Positions 37,793 to 53,000 of a stretch of 64,000 bases of DNA are shown here, piece by piece. The stretch comes from the human T2T-CHM13v2.0 reference genome, Homo sapiens, in assembly GCF_009914755.1 (NCBI RefSeq), contig NC_060936.1; one strand, given 5' to 3'. Numbering within the stretch: the first letter of the stretch is position 1; every line of letters starts with the position of its first letter. The notes below the pieces were generated by a model that ran no database searches, was not told the origin of the DNA, and saw nothing but the letters and a program-made list of their open reading frames with translations. A program made the translations under genes and the position numbers.

Positions 37793-40014
37793 CAGACCCA
37801 GTTACAAAACCAAGGTTCTTTTTAGAACAATCTTTTCTCAGTTGTAGTCTACACTTACTCTAGCCAGTCTCAATCATTTCCCTCCTGGCTATTACCTGTC
37901 AGTCCAGTCCTTCATCATTGACTCATCTCTCGGACCCTTTTTTCACCAAGGATGTTGATACTTTTCCTCCCCACCCTTCCTTTTCATAATTTTTCAATAA
38001 CTCTAATTAATTTCTATATTTATGACACATTCAATGCTCCAGGTCCATTTTCTTGATCTACTTTACAGTAACAAACTTCACTTCTAACCCACTCACATAG
38101 CCGTCCACACCTCTAATGCCTTCAACCCTGAGATTTCTCTCTTGAACCCTCCTCTCTTCCCAGCTCTTCTACTCCCTCAATTTTAATAAGTTTGCTTTTT
38201 GCTTTTGTTGTGACCTTACCTATTGTCCAATTTATGTATTCTTAGTTTCAAGTATACTAGAGTCTCAGCATCATTTTCTGCTTATCACACCCCCTTTCAA
38301 CAAGCAGGTATGACCTTATGCATTGATGCTATAAGTATGCTCCAGGTCACTTGATTGACAGCATAAATCAATCTGCTCCAACTTCTCCAAATTTCTGAGT
38401 TTGTCATTAATTTTTCACTTTTTTTTTTTTTTTTTTTGCATTTCACTAGTCTCAGGGCTTGACTCACAACACTGAATTTATGGTTATTACCTTATTTTTT
38501 CTTTCTGGGTAATAGACTTAGTCTGTGCTATCTATAGACATCTGGATAAATATCTTTCCTGGAATTGTTCAATCCTGTATCTTATCCTTGCTACAGCATT
38601 TATAAGTTAAGATAGTACTAATTCTACCCACCCCCATATATAACATCTAGATAGATATCTACCCAGGCAGAATCCCAGGGCTCATGACGTCAAGTACATA
38701 CCAACCTATTTCCTTCTTTCAGTTTTTGACTGCTTAGTGGAAAGTATACTCCATGAATCCATAAATCTGATTTGCATTATTAAATCCCTACTGATTTGCA
38801 TTCTCTAATCCCATTCCAAAATTTCAAAATACTGTGAAAGAAAATTGCATAATTATGTTGGTTGGAAGCCATTAAAATTTTATATTTTCCAGGCTCAATG
38901 AGATAAGCAACTCTTTTAATCATTCTTACTCAGTTTCTAACACATTCCTTTCAGTGACAGTTAAAAAAATAAAGCAGACAAAAGACTTAATGGTTCTTCT
39001 CAAGCCCGTGATGCTCAAAAAAGAAATGATAACCTACTTTATATATAACCTACAATTTGTATATCTTGTAAGAAAACCCTCAATATCTATTATTTCCAAC
39101 ATGTTATTCCTTCATCATCTTTCTCTCTTCTGTATTAAGCTTCTTTGGCAGGGATGACAAAAATAAACTCTTCCCCCTTTGAAAAATTGAATTTATCAGA
39201 AGGGAATTTATCAGAAGGTCATGGTATCAACAAGAAGCCTAGAGACGTGGACTTGAAAATGTGTGGGAAGTGAGGAAGCCCCAGAGAGGATTAGAAAATA
39301 GTCTCTTTGATGACAAAAACAGCTTGGTATTGCAGGCCTGATTTCTTGGATGAATACAGCTATTTCTAGTCTCTTGTCATTCTGCTTTCTGGAAAGAGAG
39401 CATCTAAGTGACTTACATTATGTTACAGAAGTTGCTTCTCAGCTAAGTGGAAGCAGGGCCTCCAATTATCCATCAAGCTGTAACTGATGGAGAGGCAGTA
39501 CTTCCCCAAAAGGTAATGAAGAAGGGCAAATTAATATTATGAAATCAAAACACAACAGAATTCCACCATACTTCCTGTCTCTGAGAAAGAATTGGTACTA
39601 CTCTTTCTCAATTTTCACACCGGTTTCTTGGTTTATTCCTCGTAAGACTTTTTTTGTATAACCTTCCTCTGCAGTATACTCCTAATAGTGGATTTTCTTT
39701 TTATCAGGTTGAAAACCATAATATCTTTTCAGGTCTCCAAATTAGAAGCTTCAGAGTCATCGTCGACTCTCTAATCTATTTTCCATAGCTATTTCACTGA
39801 TTTTAAAGTTTTGTCGATATTATGCAAAAAACGTCTCTTCAATTAAGCTCCTTTATCTTTGCCTCAGTTCAGGCTGTCCTGGACAATTGCAATAACATCC
39901 TAGATGATTTTCTTTCCCTCAAACTTTCCCAATCTAGAATTATTTTTCCAGTTGTCAAAATACCAAAAAGCAAACAATAATCTTATCATGTTATTTACTT
40001 GCTTGAAAAGACTG

Positions 40015-40149
40015 TATATGGGAAGTTGTGCATAGGTTATATACAAATACTACATCATTTTATATAAGGGATTTTAGCATCTATGGATTTTGGTATATGC
40101 AGGGCTGGGTCCTAGAACCAATCCCCCACAGATCCTGAGGGACTATTGC
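40015..40149. mobile_element. MER2 (TcMar-Tigger) fragment
   Basis: 'tgtgcataggttatatacaaatactac...ttttatataaggga...gcatctatggattttggtat...gtcctagaaccaatccccca'. Confidence 0.85.
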
Positions 40150-40261
40150 ATATGTGCACTATATACTAACACACAAACACACACACACACACAAATACAC
40201 ACACACACACGTATGTGTCTATATACTATTCTTTTTCACTAGAGAACTCTGGCTAATGCAT

Positions 40262-40940
40262 ACTTCATTCATTTGGCAAATATTTATTGAACACTTTGTA
40301 TGTACTAGGTTCTCTTACAGGCACTGGAAAAACCAGAAATAAGCAAATAGACAAAAATCCAAGCCCTCATAGAATTTATATTCTAGAAGGCAACACAGAA
40401 ATTGAACATGAACAAAAAAGTATGATGTGGGAGATATAAAGCGTTATGGAGATAAATAAATCTTGGAAAAGGGGATAAGGAATGCTGGCGAGAGGTTGCA
40501 ATGTAAAATTGGTGTTCAGGGAAGGTCTCACTAAGAAGACAGAATTTTGAGCAAAGACTTAAAAGAGGCAGGAAAGCTGGTGGCAATCTGGGTGGAAAGT
40601 GAGGCAAGAGTGTAGTTATCATGTTCAATATCAGTATGTCATTGAAGAACAAGTAAACTAGTGTGAAGGAACAGGGAGAAGAGAGGGAAAGAATGATAGG
40701 AGAGGGGAGCAAATTAAAAACAGGGGCCATGCCAGGCCCCTGTATAAGTGAACATACAAATATATATATATTTATTTATATATAAATCAAAAAATAAAAA
40801 CAGGAGCCAGATTATACAGGACTTTGTAAGCCATTGACTCTGAATAAAGAATTTGGGCAGAGAACTGACAAGTTCTGACTTATTTTTCTAAAGGTTCACT
40901 CTGGTTGCTGGGCTGAGCATAGACTTTGGGGGAACTCTTA
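40262..40940 (-). mobile_element. L2 3' region
   Basis: 'ttcattcatttggcaaatatttattgaacac', 'agccctcatagaatttatattctag', 'tcagggaaggtctcact'. Confidence 0.75.
40730..40794 (+). other. 65-bp TSD-flanked insert of unknown origin within L2
   Basis: taaaaacagg(g/a)gcca at 40715-40729 and 40795-40809; left copy begins at a tt/aaaa site; insert ends A-rich. Confidence 0.6.
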
Positions 40941-43249
40941 TTACACTATAGTTATTAGTTGTTGATTTATCTCTAGCATCTCTCCCTCTTCGAGCACAAA
41001 TCCTGCATTTTGTTTATCTTAAAGTGTTTGTTACTTGCAGGTGTTTGGGAGACTTACTAAGTAATCTGCGTTTGTTGAATTAATTCCATTTCTTCATCAG
41101 GCATAAGAGAAATATATGTATTAAATGAAATCAGAAAAGATTACATTAAGTTTAATTCCACAGACAAGCAAAACTAAATTGATAAAGACGGTAGACTGTA
41201 GAAGGGGAAAAAGAGAAGAAAGTTAAATAAACTCAAATATAGTTAGGTAAAGAATATAGTTTTAAAATAAAAAATGAAATACAATATTGTTCCTAGGGTT
41301 CAAAAATGAATTAAGACCTAATAGAGTACAGAATTCTAGCATAATAACAGTATAAACTAAACAAATAAAATGATGCCAACTATATCGTAATGCAGTATGT
41401 CCCTACTAAAATTAAATATGCTGTAACTCTGAAAAATTGGCCATTTTTCATATGGCTGTGTCAAACAGCAGCATAGACAAATCACCAAATAAGTATTCCA
41501 CAGTTAAATAAATGTGTATCCCGAATCTAACTCAAATTATGTGCTTGGGTCTTGTATGTTACTTCCAAATACAACCTGCGACTTCATTGATTTTTCAGAC
41601 AATTCACAGGTTTCACTGAACTTATTCTTTTGCACCAATTTTCTGGCATTTGAAAGGCTGTATTCATAAGTTTAGCTAGAAAATATTTATAAGCCCTATG
41701 GTGCCAGGCACTGGCAAATGTCCTCCCCTGGACATGTACTGAAGGGAACAAGCCACACAACTCCTTTCCCTCCCACATAATCCCTATGATTCACTGGAAT
41801 TGGATGACCTTCCTGGGAACTCTTTACTGTGGCCTCTGTGGGTGCCAAAAGCCCAAGAAAGCTTGCTGAGTTGTTCTCATTCAAATACTGCGCTTGCTGG
41901 GTTCTTATTCAGGCCTCTTTAGACACACTTCCTTCTTGCTCAGCAAAACTGCTAATTGGCACAGAAAATATCCTAGCTTTGTCCATTTTCTATAGAAGTT
42001 GAAAATGCTTCTACCTGACTGTGCTGACAGAATTATATTTTCAATGGTATGAATACTCCAGACATTTCAATGACAACTTTGGGAACAAAATAATACATAT
42101 AATACAGTTGGTTGGTCTTAAACAGCCTCATGCCTCAGTATAAGTGACCAGAAGCAAAAATCCTCCAAAATTAGGGGCTAAGACATGAGCGTTTGGGATA
42201 TAATCATTTACATTTGACAAAGGCTGCACATAGTGCCTTTCTGTTTCTGTGATTTTTACCTTAATTGGTTCATTTTCACTATTATACATTTAATCTGTTT
42301 GTCACTAGTAATAAATAAGCAGGGCTGTTGTGATTGGTTGCCAATAATTATTTTTCCATCAGCTCAAGAAAGCATGTTGCAATGCCAGGAGTAAAGAAAA
42401 TTCTCCTTGTATTTGTCATTGGCCAGGTGCCCAAGTCTCATATATGTCTTGGTGAGGGTGCTGTGGGGAGACCCTTTAATTCATATTTTTCGGTCCTGCC
42501 TCCTTCTCACGGACTTGTGTAGAGGGAAAAAAGAGCTATAATTACTTGTAAGAGCACTTGGATCAGGTGACAAAATTATTGAAAACCTTTTAAGCCATGA
42601 TTAGCCATTTGAATGTTTACTTATGTCCACTTCCAAGAACTACCTTAAATTATTTGCATATGTTTGTATGTATGCAACTTGTTTGAATTTATGGAGATGT
42701 ATAAAGGTTTTGTTGAGTCTTCAGAAGACAGAGGATAATGATGCTCTTTAGCTGTGATATTTTATGCTCGTCAGATATATTGATACATACTGCATTCAGA
42801 AATATCAGGAGATTATTAATATTTTGCCTTGTATTTCTAATTGCATATTGTTAGGTTTTGGGCTATTCACTGACAAGATTGTAATTCATGACATCATTGT
42901 CCTTGTGTTTAAAAGATCATGCCAACACAATGACTAACCAGGTAGATGGTTATATACGGAAAAATCCAGTCATTGGTATTCATTTCTGTACTCCATGTAA
43001 AAGAAGTTCATTTATGCTGTCCTGTTTTCAGTGCTAGAAGTTATTTGATTCCATGAAATTCTATGTGCTCACAATATGCCCGGAACTGTGGTATAAATAC
43101 TTGAATGGACAAAAAAGAAGTCTCCCAGAGAACTTTTGTTTAGATCCTGTTTGAATTGTGATTCCTAATTCTTGCCAAGTTGTTTGTTGAAATTAACTTT
43201 TAAAGAACAGTTTCAAAGGGTAATAGTTTATTCTCTCCCCAACTTCCCC

Positions 43250-43950
43250 CAAATTAAAGAACCATTAATTTGTGAAGCAAAATTAAAAACAATTTTCAAT
43301 AACACAGTGAGTCAAATGGATGGGTGCTTGAGTAGGAAAAAAGTGCCAGATAAAATAGAATTGACAGTTCTAGAAATAAACCCAAAATACACATGGGAAT
43401 TTAGTGTGTGGCAGATCCATTATTTCAAGTCAGTGGGGAAAGATCAATTAGTTGACAGGCATTGTTGAGACAGCTGGCTAGTCACTTGGATGAAGAGGAA
43501 GCTGGATCTGTATTTTAGAACCCAAATAAATTCCTGGTAAAGCAATGATTTAAAATAATAATAACAGTAATAATAATAATGCTAAAAGGAACCATAAAAT
43601 TAGAAAAAATATTATTATAAAATGAGCAAGGTCTTTTTAAAAAATACATTACCTATAGGATATAGAAAAAAGAAATGGCACAGTTGACTACAAAACTATT
43701 TTAAAATTCCATACAGAAAAATTATACAAAATACAGCAGAAAAATGTCCATATAGCAAAAATTACCAGAAAAATGTCAAAAGAAAAATCAGAAAATATTT
43801 GGTGAACATATAATAAGCAAAAGCAATAATTTTCTAGACATACAAAAACTTTCATAGACCTGTAAAAACATACCAGCTGAAAGAAAAATTGGCAAAAATG
43901 TAAAACAAAGAGTTCACAGAAAAAGAAACATAAATAGTTAATAACCACTG
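43250..43950 (+). mobile_element. Old L1M(E) ORF2 3' fragment
   Basis: 'ctagaaataaaccca', 'agtggggaaagat', 'cattgttgagacagctggctagtcacttgga', 'gaaaaattggcaaaa'. Confidence 0.6.
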
Positions 43951-44130
43951 ATTTTACAAATATACCCTGAAAACCTACATATCCCAGGATTATTGAAGGT
44001 GCTTAGCATATATCAGAGAAAAAAACAGATAGAAATTTCTGTGCTTCAATACATTCTATTATAGGGGTGATGGTGGAGAAGACAATAAATAATGTACCTA
44101 ATAAGTAACTAATTATACAATATGTTAGAA

Positions 44131-45077
44131 CCGTGGTTCCCAAACTGTGTGCCAAAGCACCCTGGGATGTTACAACAAAATTATAGGTTCACTGCAGTTT
44201 ATTTACATTTTTAAGGGAAACATAGTGCTATGGTCTAAATGTTGGTGTCATCCCAAAACGTATTTTGGAATTTAATCTGCAATGTGATAGTATTAACAGG
44301 TGCAGCCTTTTGGGAAGTGATAAAGTCATAAGTGTCCTGCCCTTAAGAATGGGATTAGTACCCTTATAAAAGCAGGTGAAGGGAGTGTGTTTGTCCTCTT
44401 CCCCATTTCTTTCTGCCATGTGAGGACAGAGCAAGAAGACATTGTCTACAGCAATGGGCCTTTAACAGACACCAAATCTGCTGGCATGTTGATCTTGGAC
44501 TTCCCACCCACTAGAACAATAAGCAATAGATTTATTTTGTTTACAAGCTACTCAGTCTAAGGTATTTTGTTATAGCAGCAGGGACATACTAAGTCACACA
44601 GCAGTATCTGTCAGACAATACACAAATTACTAGCTGAGAAATCTTACATTTTCAACATTAGAGTATACTAAATTTCTTTTAGTGACATCATATCTTTTCA
44701 AAGCCAGCTTTTTGGTGGTTGTGACAACAAGCAAGTAACTGCATAAAAAGCAATGTGCATTGGGAGAAGAGGGCAGTGTTGTCCATTATGACTCCAAGCA
44801 TTGACAAGCCATTTAGGGTTCAATAGGCATACACATCCCATTAATGAGTAATTGTTGTTATTTTCAAACAGCATATACATATCATTTTCTTTCAATTTAT
44901 GTATATTATTTTTTTCAAATGACTATTAATTTGTTAGTACATAAATACTTATTGTTTGAACCTATTTAATAAATGAAATTATTAGATGTTTCTTTTGGCC
45001 AAAGGTGCTGTGAAAAATTATTGAAGGCATCATGAATTGATAAAGGGCATCATGAATTGATAAACTGGGGACCTCTG
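44131..45077 (+). mobile_element. MER20B hAT-Charlie element
   Basis: TIRs ccgtggttcccaaa / ctggggacctctg; 8-bp TSD tgttagaa/tgttagag; internal 'tttcaacattaga', 'cacatcccatta'. Confidence 0.85.
44226..44596 (+). mobile_element. MSTD/MLT1A-type solo LTR inside MER20B
   Basis: 'tgctatggtctaaatgt...gaatgggattagtacccttataaaag...tattttgttatagcagca...actaagtca'; TSD catag/cacag. Confidence 0.85.
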
Positions 45078-45331
45078 TGTTAGAGGGTGATAAATGCCAC
45101 CAAAAAAAGAGTGGAACACATTAAATTGGTCTGCAAATGCTGAGGGTAAGAATAGGGTGGGTGGCTATTTTAAATAGGGTGTATAGGTTGTGTTTCACTG
45201 AGAAAGAGACATTTAAGCAAAGCCTGGAAGAAAGCGAGAATGTTCCAAGCAGAGGGCACAGCCAGTGTAAGAGCCCAAAGATGACAGTGGGCTTCAAACA
45301 TCCAAGGAGGCCAGTGTCACTGGAACATAGT

Positions 45332-45709
45332 TGATATGGTTTGGCTCTGTGTCCCCACCCAATTCTCACCTCAAATTGTAATTCCCATAATCCCCACATG
45401 TCAAGGGTGAGACCAGGTGGCAATAATTGGATCACGGGGGCAGTTCCCCCATGTTGTTCTCATGATAGTGAGTGAGTTCTCACTAGATCTGATGGTTTTA
45501 TGAGCATCTGGCATTTCCCCTGCTTGCACTCACTCCATCCTGCTGCCCTATGCAGAAGGTACCTGCTTCTCCTTTGCCTTTGCCATGATTGCAAGTTTTC
45601 CTGAGGCCCTCTAAGCAATAAGGAACTGTGAGTCCATTAAATCTCTTTCCTTTATAAATTACCCAGTCTCAAGTATTTCTTTATAGCACTGTGAGAACGG
45701 AATAATACA
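45332..45709 (+). mobile_element. THE1D-type solo LTR
   Basis: 'tgatatggtttggctctgtgtccccaccca...ggcatttcccctgcttgcactc...aataca'; perfect TSD atagt. Confidence 0.92.
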
Positions 45710-45846
45710 ATAGTGATTCAAAAGGAAAGTGAGAGGAAGTAAAGTCAAGCAGGGGCCAGGGGGGCAAGTCACACATAGGCGAGTAAATAACTTTGGTTTT
45801 TGCTCTGGGAGACATACAGAATCATGGCATTTAAAAATAAGCTTTT

Positions 45847-48352
<2,506 letters not shown>

Positions 48353-49771
48353 AAAAATAAGCTTTTTAATATACATAAATTCCAAAATAAATATTTTAGT
48401 TTAGTCTAAAAACACACTTATATTTGAATTTTCTCATATTTCAATAAACTCTACACCATGTAGAGTTGAAATACATAAAATTCCAACTACTATTATGTAT
48501 GTTTCCAAATTCATATATATTTTAAAATAAATAAATGTAGCTATTATCTCAGAAAACAGCTTTCTACCTTAGAAGTGGATCATTTAATGACATCATTGCT
48601 TAAGATATAAAGTGGTCATACAGAATATAACAGGCTACAAACAAACGATTTGCTTGCCATTCCATTTTCACCTACAGAAAAAACCCTTCAGGTAATTTAG
48701 CAAAGTAGTGCTCCATCTTAAATTTAAAAACAATTGTGTGTATAGAATAGAGGGAGATAATATTATTTTACAATAGTTTTTCACCATCAAACATCTAAAG
48801 AATTATAAATAGTGAGCAAATTATTTTTAAACAGTAATCTTTAAGGTTACATTTTCTGAAAACTTTTGGAGGAATGTTATGCTAACACATTTTAAAATAT
48901 TTTAAATGTCAAATATTCTATATTATATAAATATTCTCAATTACATACATGATCTCCTTTTTCCTGAGATTAAAATTTGATAGTCTTTGTGACCCCACAT
49001 AAATACTATAACTTGAGTTCATTTCAGAATGAGAACTAGGCAAATTAGTATAGAGACAAATTAGTATTAATTATAGACAAATTAGTATTAAAGTTACTGT
49101 TTATATCCTGAAAAGAGCAATATACCATCAGATACACTTAAGTCACAGCACAAGTATTATTTGTGTAAATATTATTTTGTTGAATAATTTTTAATGTAGT
49201 AAACAATACTGGTAACTGAACATTTTTCAATTAATAGAAGTAGAGGAGCTGAGTGGAGCAAGATGGCCAAATAAAAACCTTCACCAATCACCTGCCCTGT
49301 AGGAACACCAAATTTGACAAGTATCTACACAAAAAGCACCTTCATAAGAAACAAAAATCAAGTGAGCAATCACAGTACCTGGTTTTAACTTCATATCTTT
49401 GAAAGACATACTAAAGAGGGTAGGAAAGACAGTCTTCAGTTGTTGACACCATCCTTCCCCCATTTGCTGGTAGCACCCACATGGCATAGAGAGAGAATCT
49501 AAGCGCTTGGGGAAAGGAAAATTCAGTGCCTATGGGACTGTGCATTGAATTCAGAGTTGCCTTGTCAGAGCAGAAAGCAAAACTAACCTGGCTGAACTCA
49601 GCAGATACCTGCCCACAGAAGGACCATTTAGACTAGCTCTAGCTAGAGGGGAATAACCCATCCCCGTGGTCAGAACTTGAGTTCCAGCAAGCCTCGCAAC
49701 CACGGGCTAAAGTGATCTGGGGTCCGAAATAAAATTGAAAAGCTATCTGAGCCACAGGGACTGCAATTCTT

Positions 49772-50075
49772 TTTTTTTTTTTTTTTTTTTTTTTTTGACG
49801 GAGTCTCGCTCTGTTGCCCAGGCTGCAGTGCAGTGGTGTGGTCTTGGCTCACTGCAAGCTCCACTTCCTGGGTTCACGCCATTCTCCTGCCTCAGCCTCC
49901 TGAGTAGCTGGGACTACAGGCACCTGCCACCACACCCGGCTAATTTTTTGTATTTTTAGTAGAGACGGGGTTTCACCATGTTAGCAAGGATGGTCTCGAT
50001 CTCCTGACCTCGTGATCCGCCCGCCTCGGTCCCCGAAAGTGCTGGGATTACAGGTGTGAGCCACTGCGCCCGGCC
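49772..50075 (-). mobile_element. AluY inserted in the L1MA 5'UTR
   Basis: 'gcaagctcc...ttcacgccattctcc' and 'gatggtctcgatctcctgacctcgtgatcc'; perfect 16-bp TSD agggactgcaattctt at 49756-49771 and 50076-50091. Confidence 0.95.
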
Positions 50076-53000
50076 AGGGACTGCAATTCTTAGGCAAGTC
50101 CTTGTGCTGTGCTGGGCTCCAAGCCAGTGGACATAGGGGACACATGACCTAGTGAGACATCTGCTGGGGTGGCTAAGGGAATGTTTGTGCCACCCCTCCC
50201 TCAACCCCAGGCAGTACAACTCACAGCAACAAAAGTAATTCCTTTCTTCTGCTTGAGGAGAGGAGAAAGAAGAGTAAAGAGGATTTTGTCTTGCATCTTG
50301 TACCCACAGTAAGACAGGGCTACATCATCAGGCCCCCATTCCAGACTGTAGCTCTTGGACGAGGTTTCCAGACACACCTTAGGCCATATGGGAACCCACT
50401 GTCTTGAAGGAAAGAACCTATTCCTGGCAGGTTTCATTACCTGCTGACTAAAGAGGCCTCGAGCCCTGAATAACCAGTGGTGATACCCAGGTAGCATGCT
50501 GTGGGCCTTGGGTACGACTCTGAGATATGCTGGCTTCAGGTGAGATCCAGCATGTTTGCTGGGGTGGTGGCTGTGGTGAGAGACTCCTTATGCTTGAGAA
50601 TAGCAGAGGGAAAAGAAAAAGGGACTTTGTCTTGCACCTTAGGTACGAGCTTGGTCACAGTGGGGTAGAGCACCAAGTAGGCTCTTGGGGATCCACTTTC
50701 AAGCCTTGGCTTTTGGATGGCATTTCTAGACCCACTCTGGGCCATAGGGGACCCCATGACCCTGAAAGGTGAGTCTCAGGCCTGGCAGCATTCACCACAA
50801 GCTGACTGAGGAGCCCTTGGGACTTAAATGAACACTGACAGTAGCCTGGCAGTACTTCCCTTGGGCCTTTGGTGGTGGTGGTCATGGGAAGAGGCTCCTC
50901 TGTCTGTGGAAAAGGGAGGAAAAAGTGGGAAGGACTCTGCCTTGTGATTTAAGCGCCAACTTAGCTTCAGTAGTACAGAGCAGCAAGTAGATTTCTAAGG
51001 TTTTTGATTCTAGTCCCTGGCTCCTGAACAACATCTCTGGATCGACCTGGGGCCTCAGAAAACTCACTGCCCTGAAGGAAAAGACACAAGCCTGGCTGGT
51101 TTCACTACCTGCAGATTGTAGATTCCTAGCACCTTGAACAAACATAGGCAGTAGCCAGATAGTGGTTATAGTGGACCTTGAACAAGACCTAGTGTTTTGC
51201 TGGATTCAGGTATGACCCAGTACAGTCTCAGTGGTGGTGACCACTGAATTGCCTGTGTCATCCCACCCACAGCTCCAGGTGGCTCAGCACAGAGAGAGAG
51301 GGAGACAGAGAGAGAGAGAGACTACATTTGTTTTGGAGAAAGTGAAGAGAGTGAGAGTTTCTGCCTGGTAGTTCAGATAATTCTTCCAGATTTTATCCAA
51401 GACCACAAAGGCAATACCTTTACAATGCTGTAAGCACAACAGCATTACTGGGCTTGGGGTAATTAGGAGTGCTCCCTAATGCAGATATATCTTCGATCAC
51501 AACACCCAAGTTCCTTCAAATACCTGGAAAGCCTTCCCAAGAGAGACAGGTACAAAGAAGCCCAGACTGTGAAGACTACAAGAAATACCTGACTCTTCAA
51601 TCCAGAGACACCAACATATATCCACAAGTATCAAGACTATCCAGGAAAACATGTCCTCACCAAATGAACTAAGCAGGGCACCAGGGATCAATCCTGGAGA
51701 AACACAGATACGTGACCTTTTAGACAAGAATGCAAAATAGCTGTTTTGAGGAAAACTAAAGAAATTCAAGATAACACAGAGAAGGAATTTAGTAATCTGT
51801 CAGATAAATTTAACAGAGATTTAAATAATCAGAAAGAATCAAGTAGAAATTCTGGAGCTGAAAAATGCAATTGACGTGTTTAAGAATGCATCAAAGTTTC
51901 CTAATAGCAGAATTGATCAATCAGAAGGAAGAATTAGTGAGCTGGAAGACAGGCTATTTGAAAATACACAGTCAGAGGAGACAAAATAAAAAACAATGAG
52001 AGAGAAAGAGAGAGAGAGGTAGAAAGTTTCTTGAAAGAGACAATAACAAAGAACTTCCCAAACATAGAGAAAGATATTAATATCCAAGTATGAGAAGGGT
52101 ATTGAATATCAAGAAGATTTAACCCAAAGAAGACTTCCTCAAGGCATTTAACAATCAAACTCTCAAAGGTCAAGGATAAAGAAAGGATCCTAAAAGCAGC
52201 AAGAGAAAAGAAACAAATAACAAACAACGGAGCTCCAATCTGTCTGGCAGCAGACATTTTAGTGGAAACCTTACAGGCCAGGAGAGAGTGGCAAGACATA
52301 TTTAAAGTGCTGAAAGAAAAAAAAAACTTTTACCCTAGAATAGTCGTTCAGGAAAAATATCCTTCAAATATGAAAAAGAAATAAAGACTTTCCCAGACAA
52401 ACAAAAACTGAGGAATTTCATCAACACCAGATCTGCCTTATAAGAAATGCTGAAGAGAATTCTTCAGTCTGAAAGAAAAGGAAGTTAATAAGCAGAAAGA
52501 AATCATCTGAAGGTATAAAACTCACTGGTAATAGTAATTACACAGACAAACACAGAATATTACAACACTGTAATTGTGGTGTATAAAATACTCATATCCT
52601 AAGTAGAAAGACACAAAGATGAACCAATCAAAAATAATAACTACAACTTTTCAAGAAATAAACAGCACAATAAGATATAAATAGAGACAACAAAAGTTAA
52701 AAAGCTCGGAGACCAAGTTAAAGTGTAGATTTTCATTAGTTTTTTTCTTGCTTGTTTGTTTATGAGATCAGTATTAAATTGTCATCAATTTAAAATAATG
52801 GGTTGTAAGATATTATTCGCAAGCATCATGATAACATCAAATCTAAAAACATACAATGGATACCCAAAAAATAAAAGGGAAGAAATTAAATTATACCAAC
52901 AGAGAAAATCACCTTCAACAAAAGGAAGACAGAAAGGAAGTAAAGAAGTAAGAGAAGATCAGAAAACAACAAAATGACAGGAGTAAGTTCTTACTTATCA

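Larger units (their letters stand above)
43950..45830 (-). mobile_element. L2 split by nested MER20B, MST and THE1 insertions
   Basis: L2 text is continuous across the TSDs: 'aatatgttaga|...|gggtgataaatgc' and 'ggaacatagt|...|gattcaaaaggaaagtg'. Confidence 0.65.

Noticed and set aside
50260-51180. Three ~300-bp degenerate repeats
   Set aside because: Most likely the internal modular structure of the L1MA 5'UTR rather than a locus-specific array.
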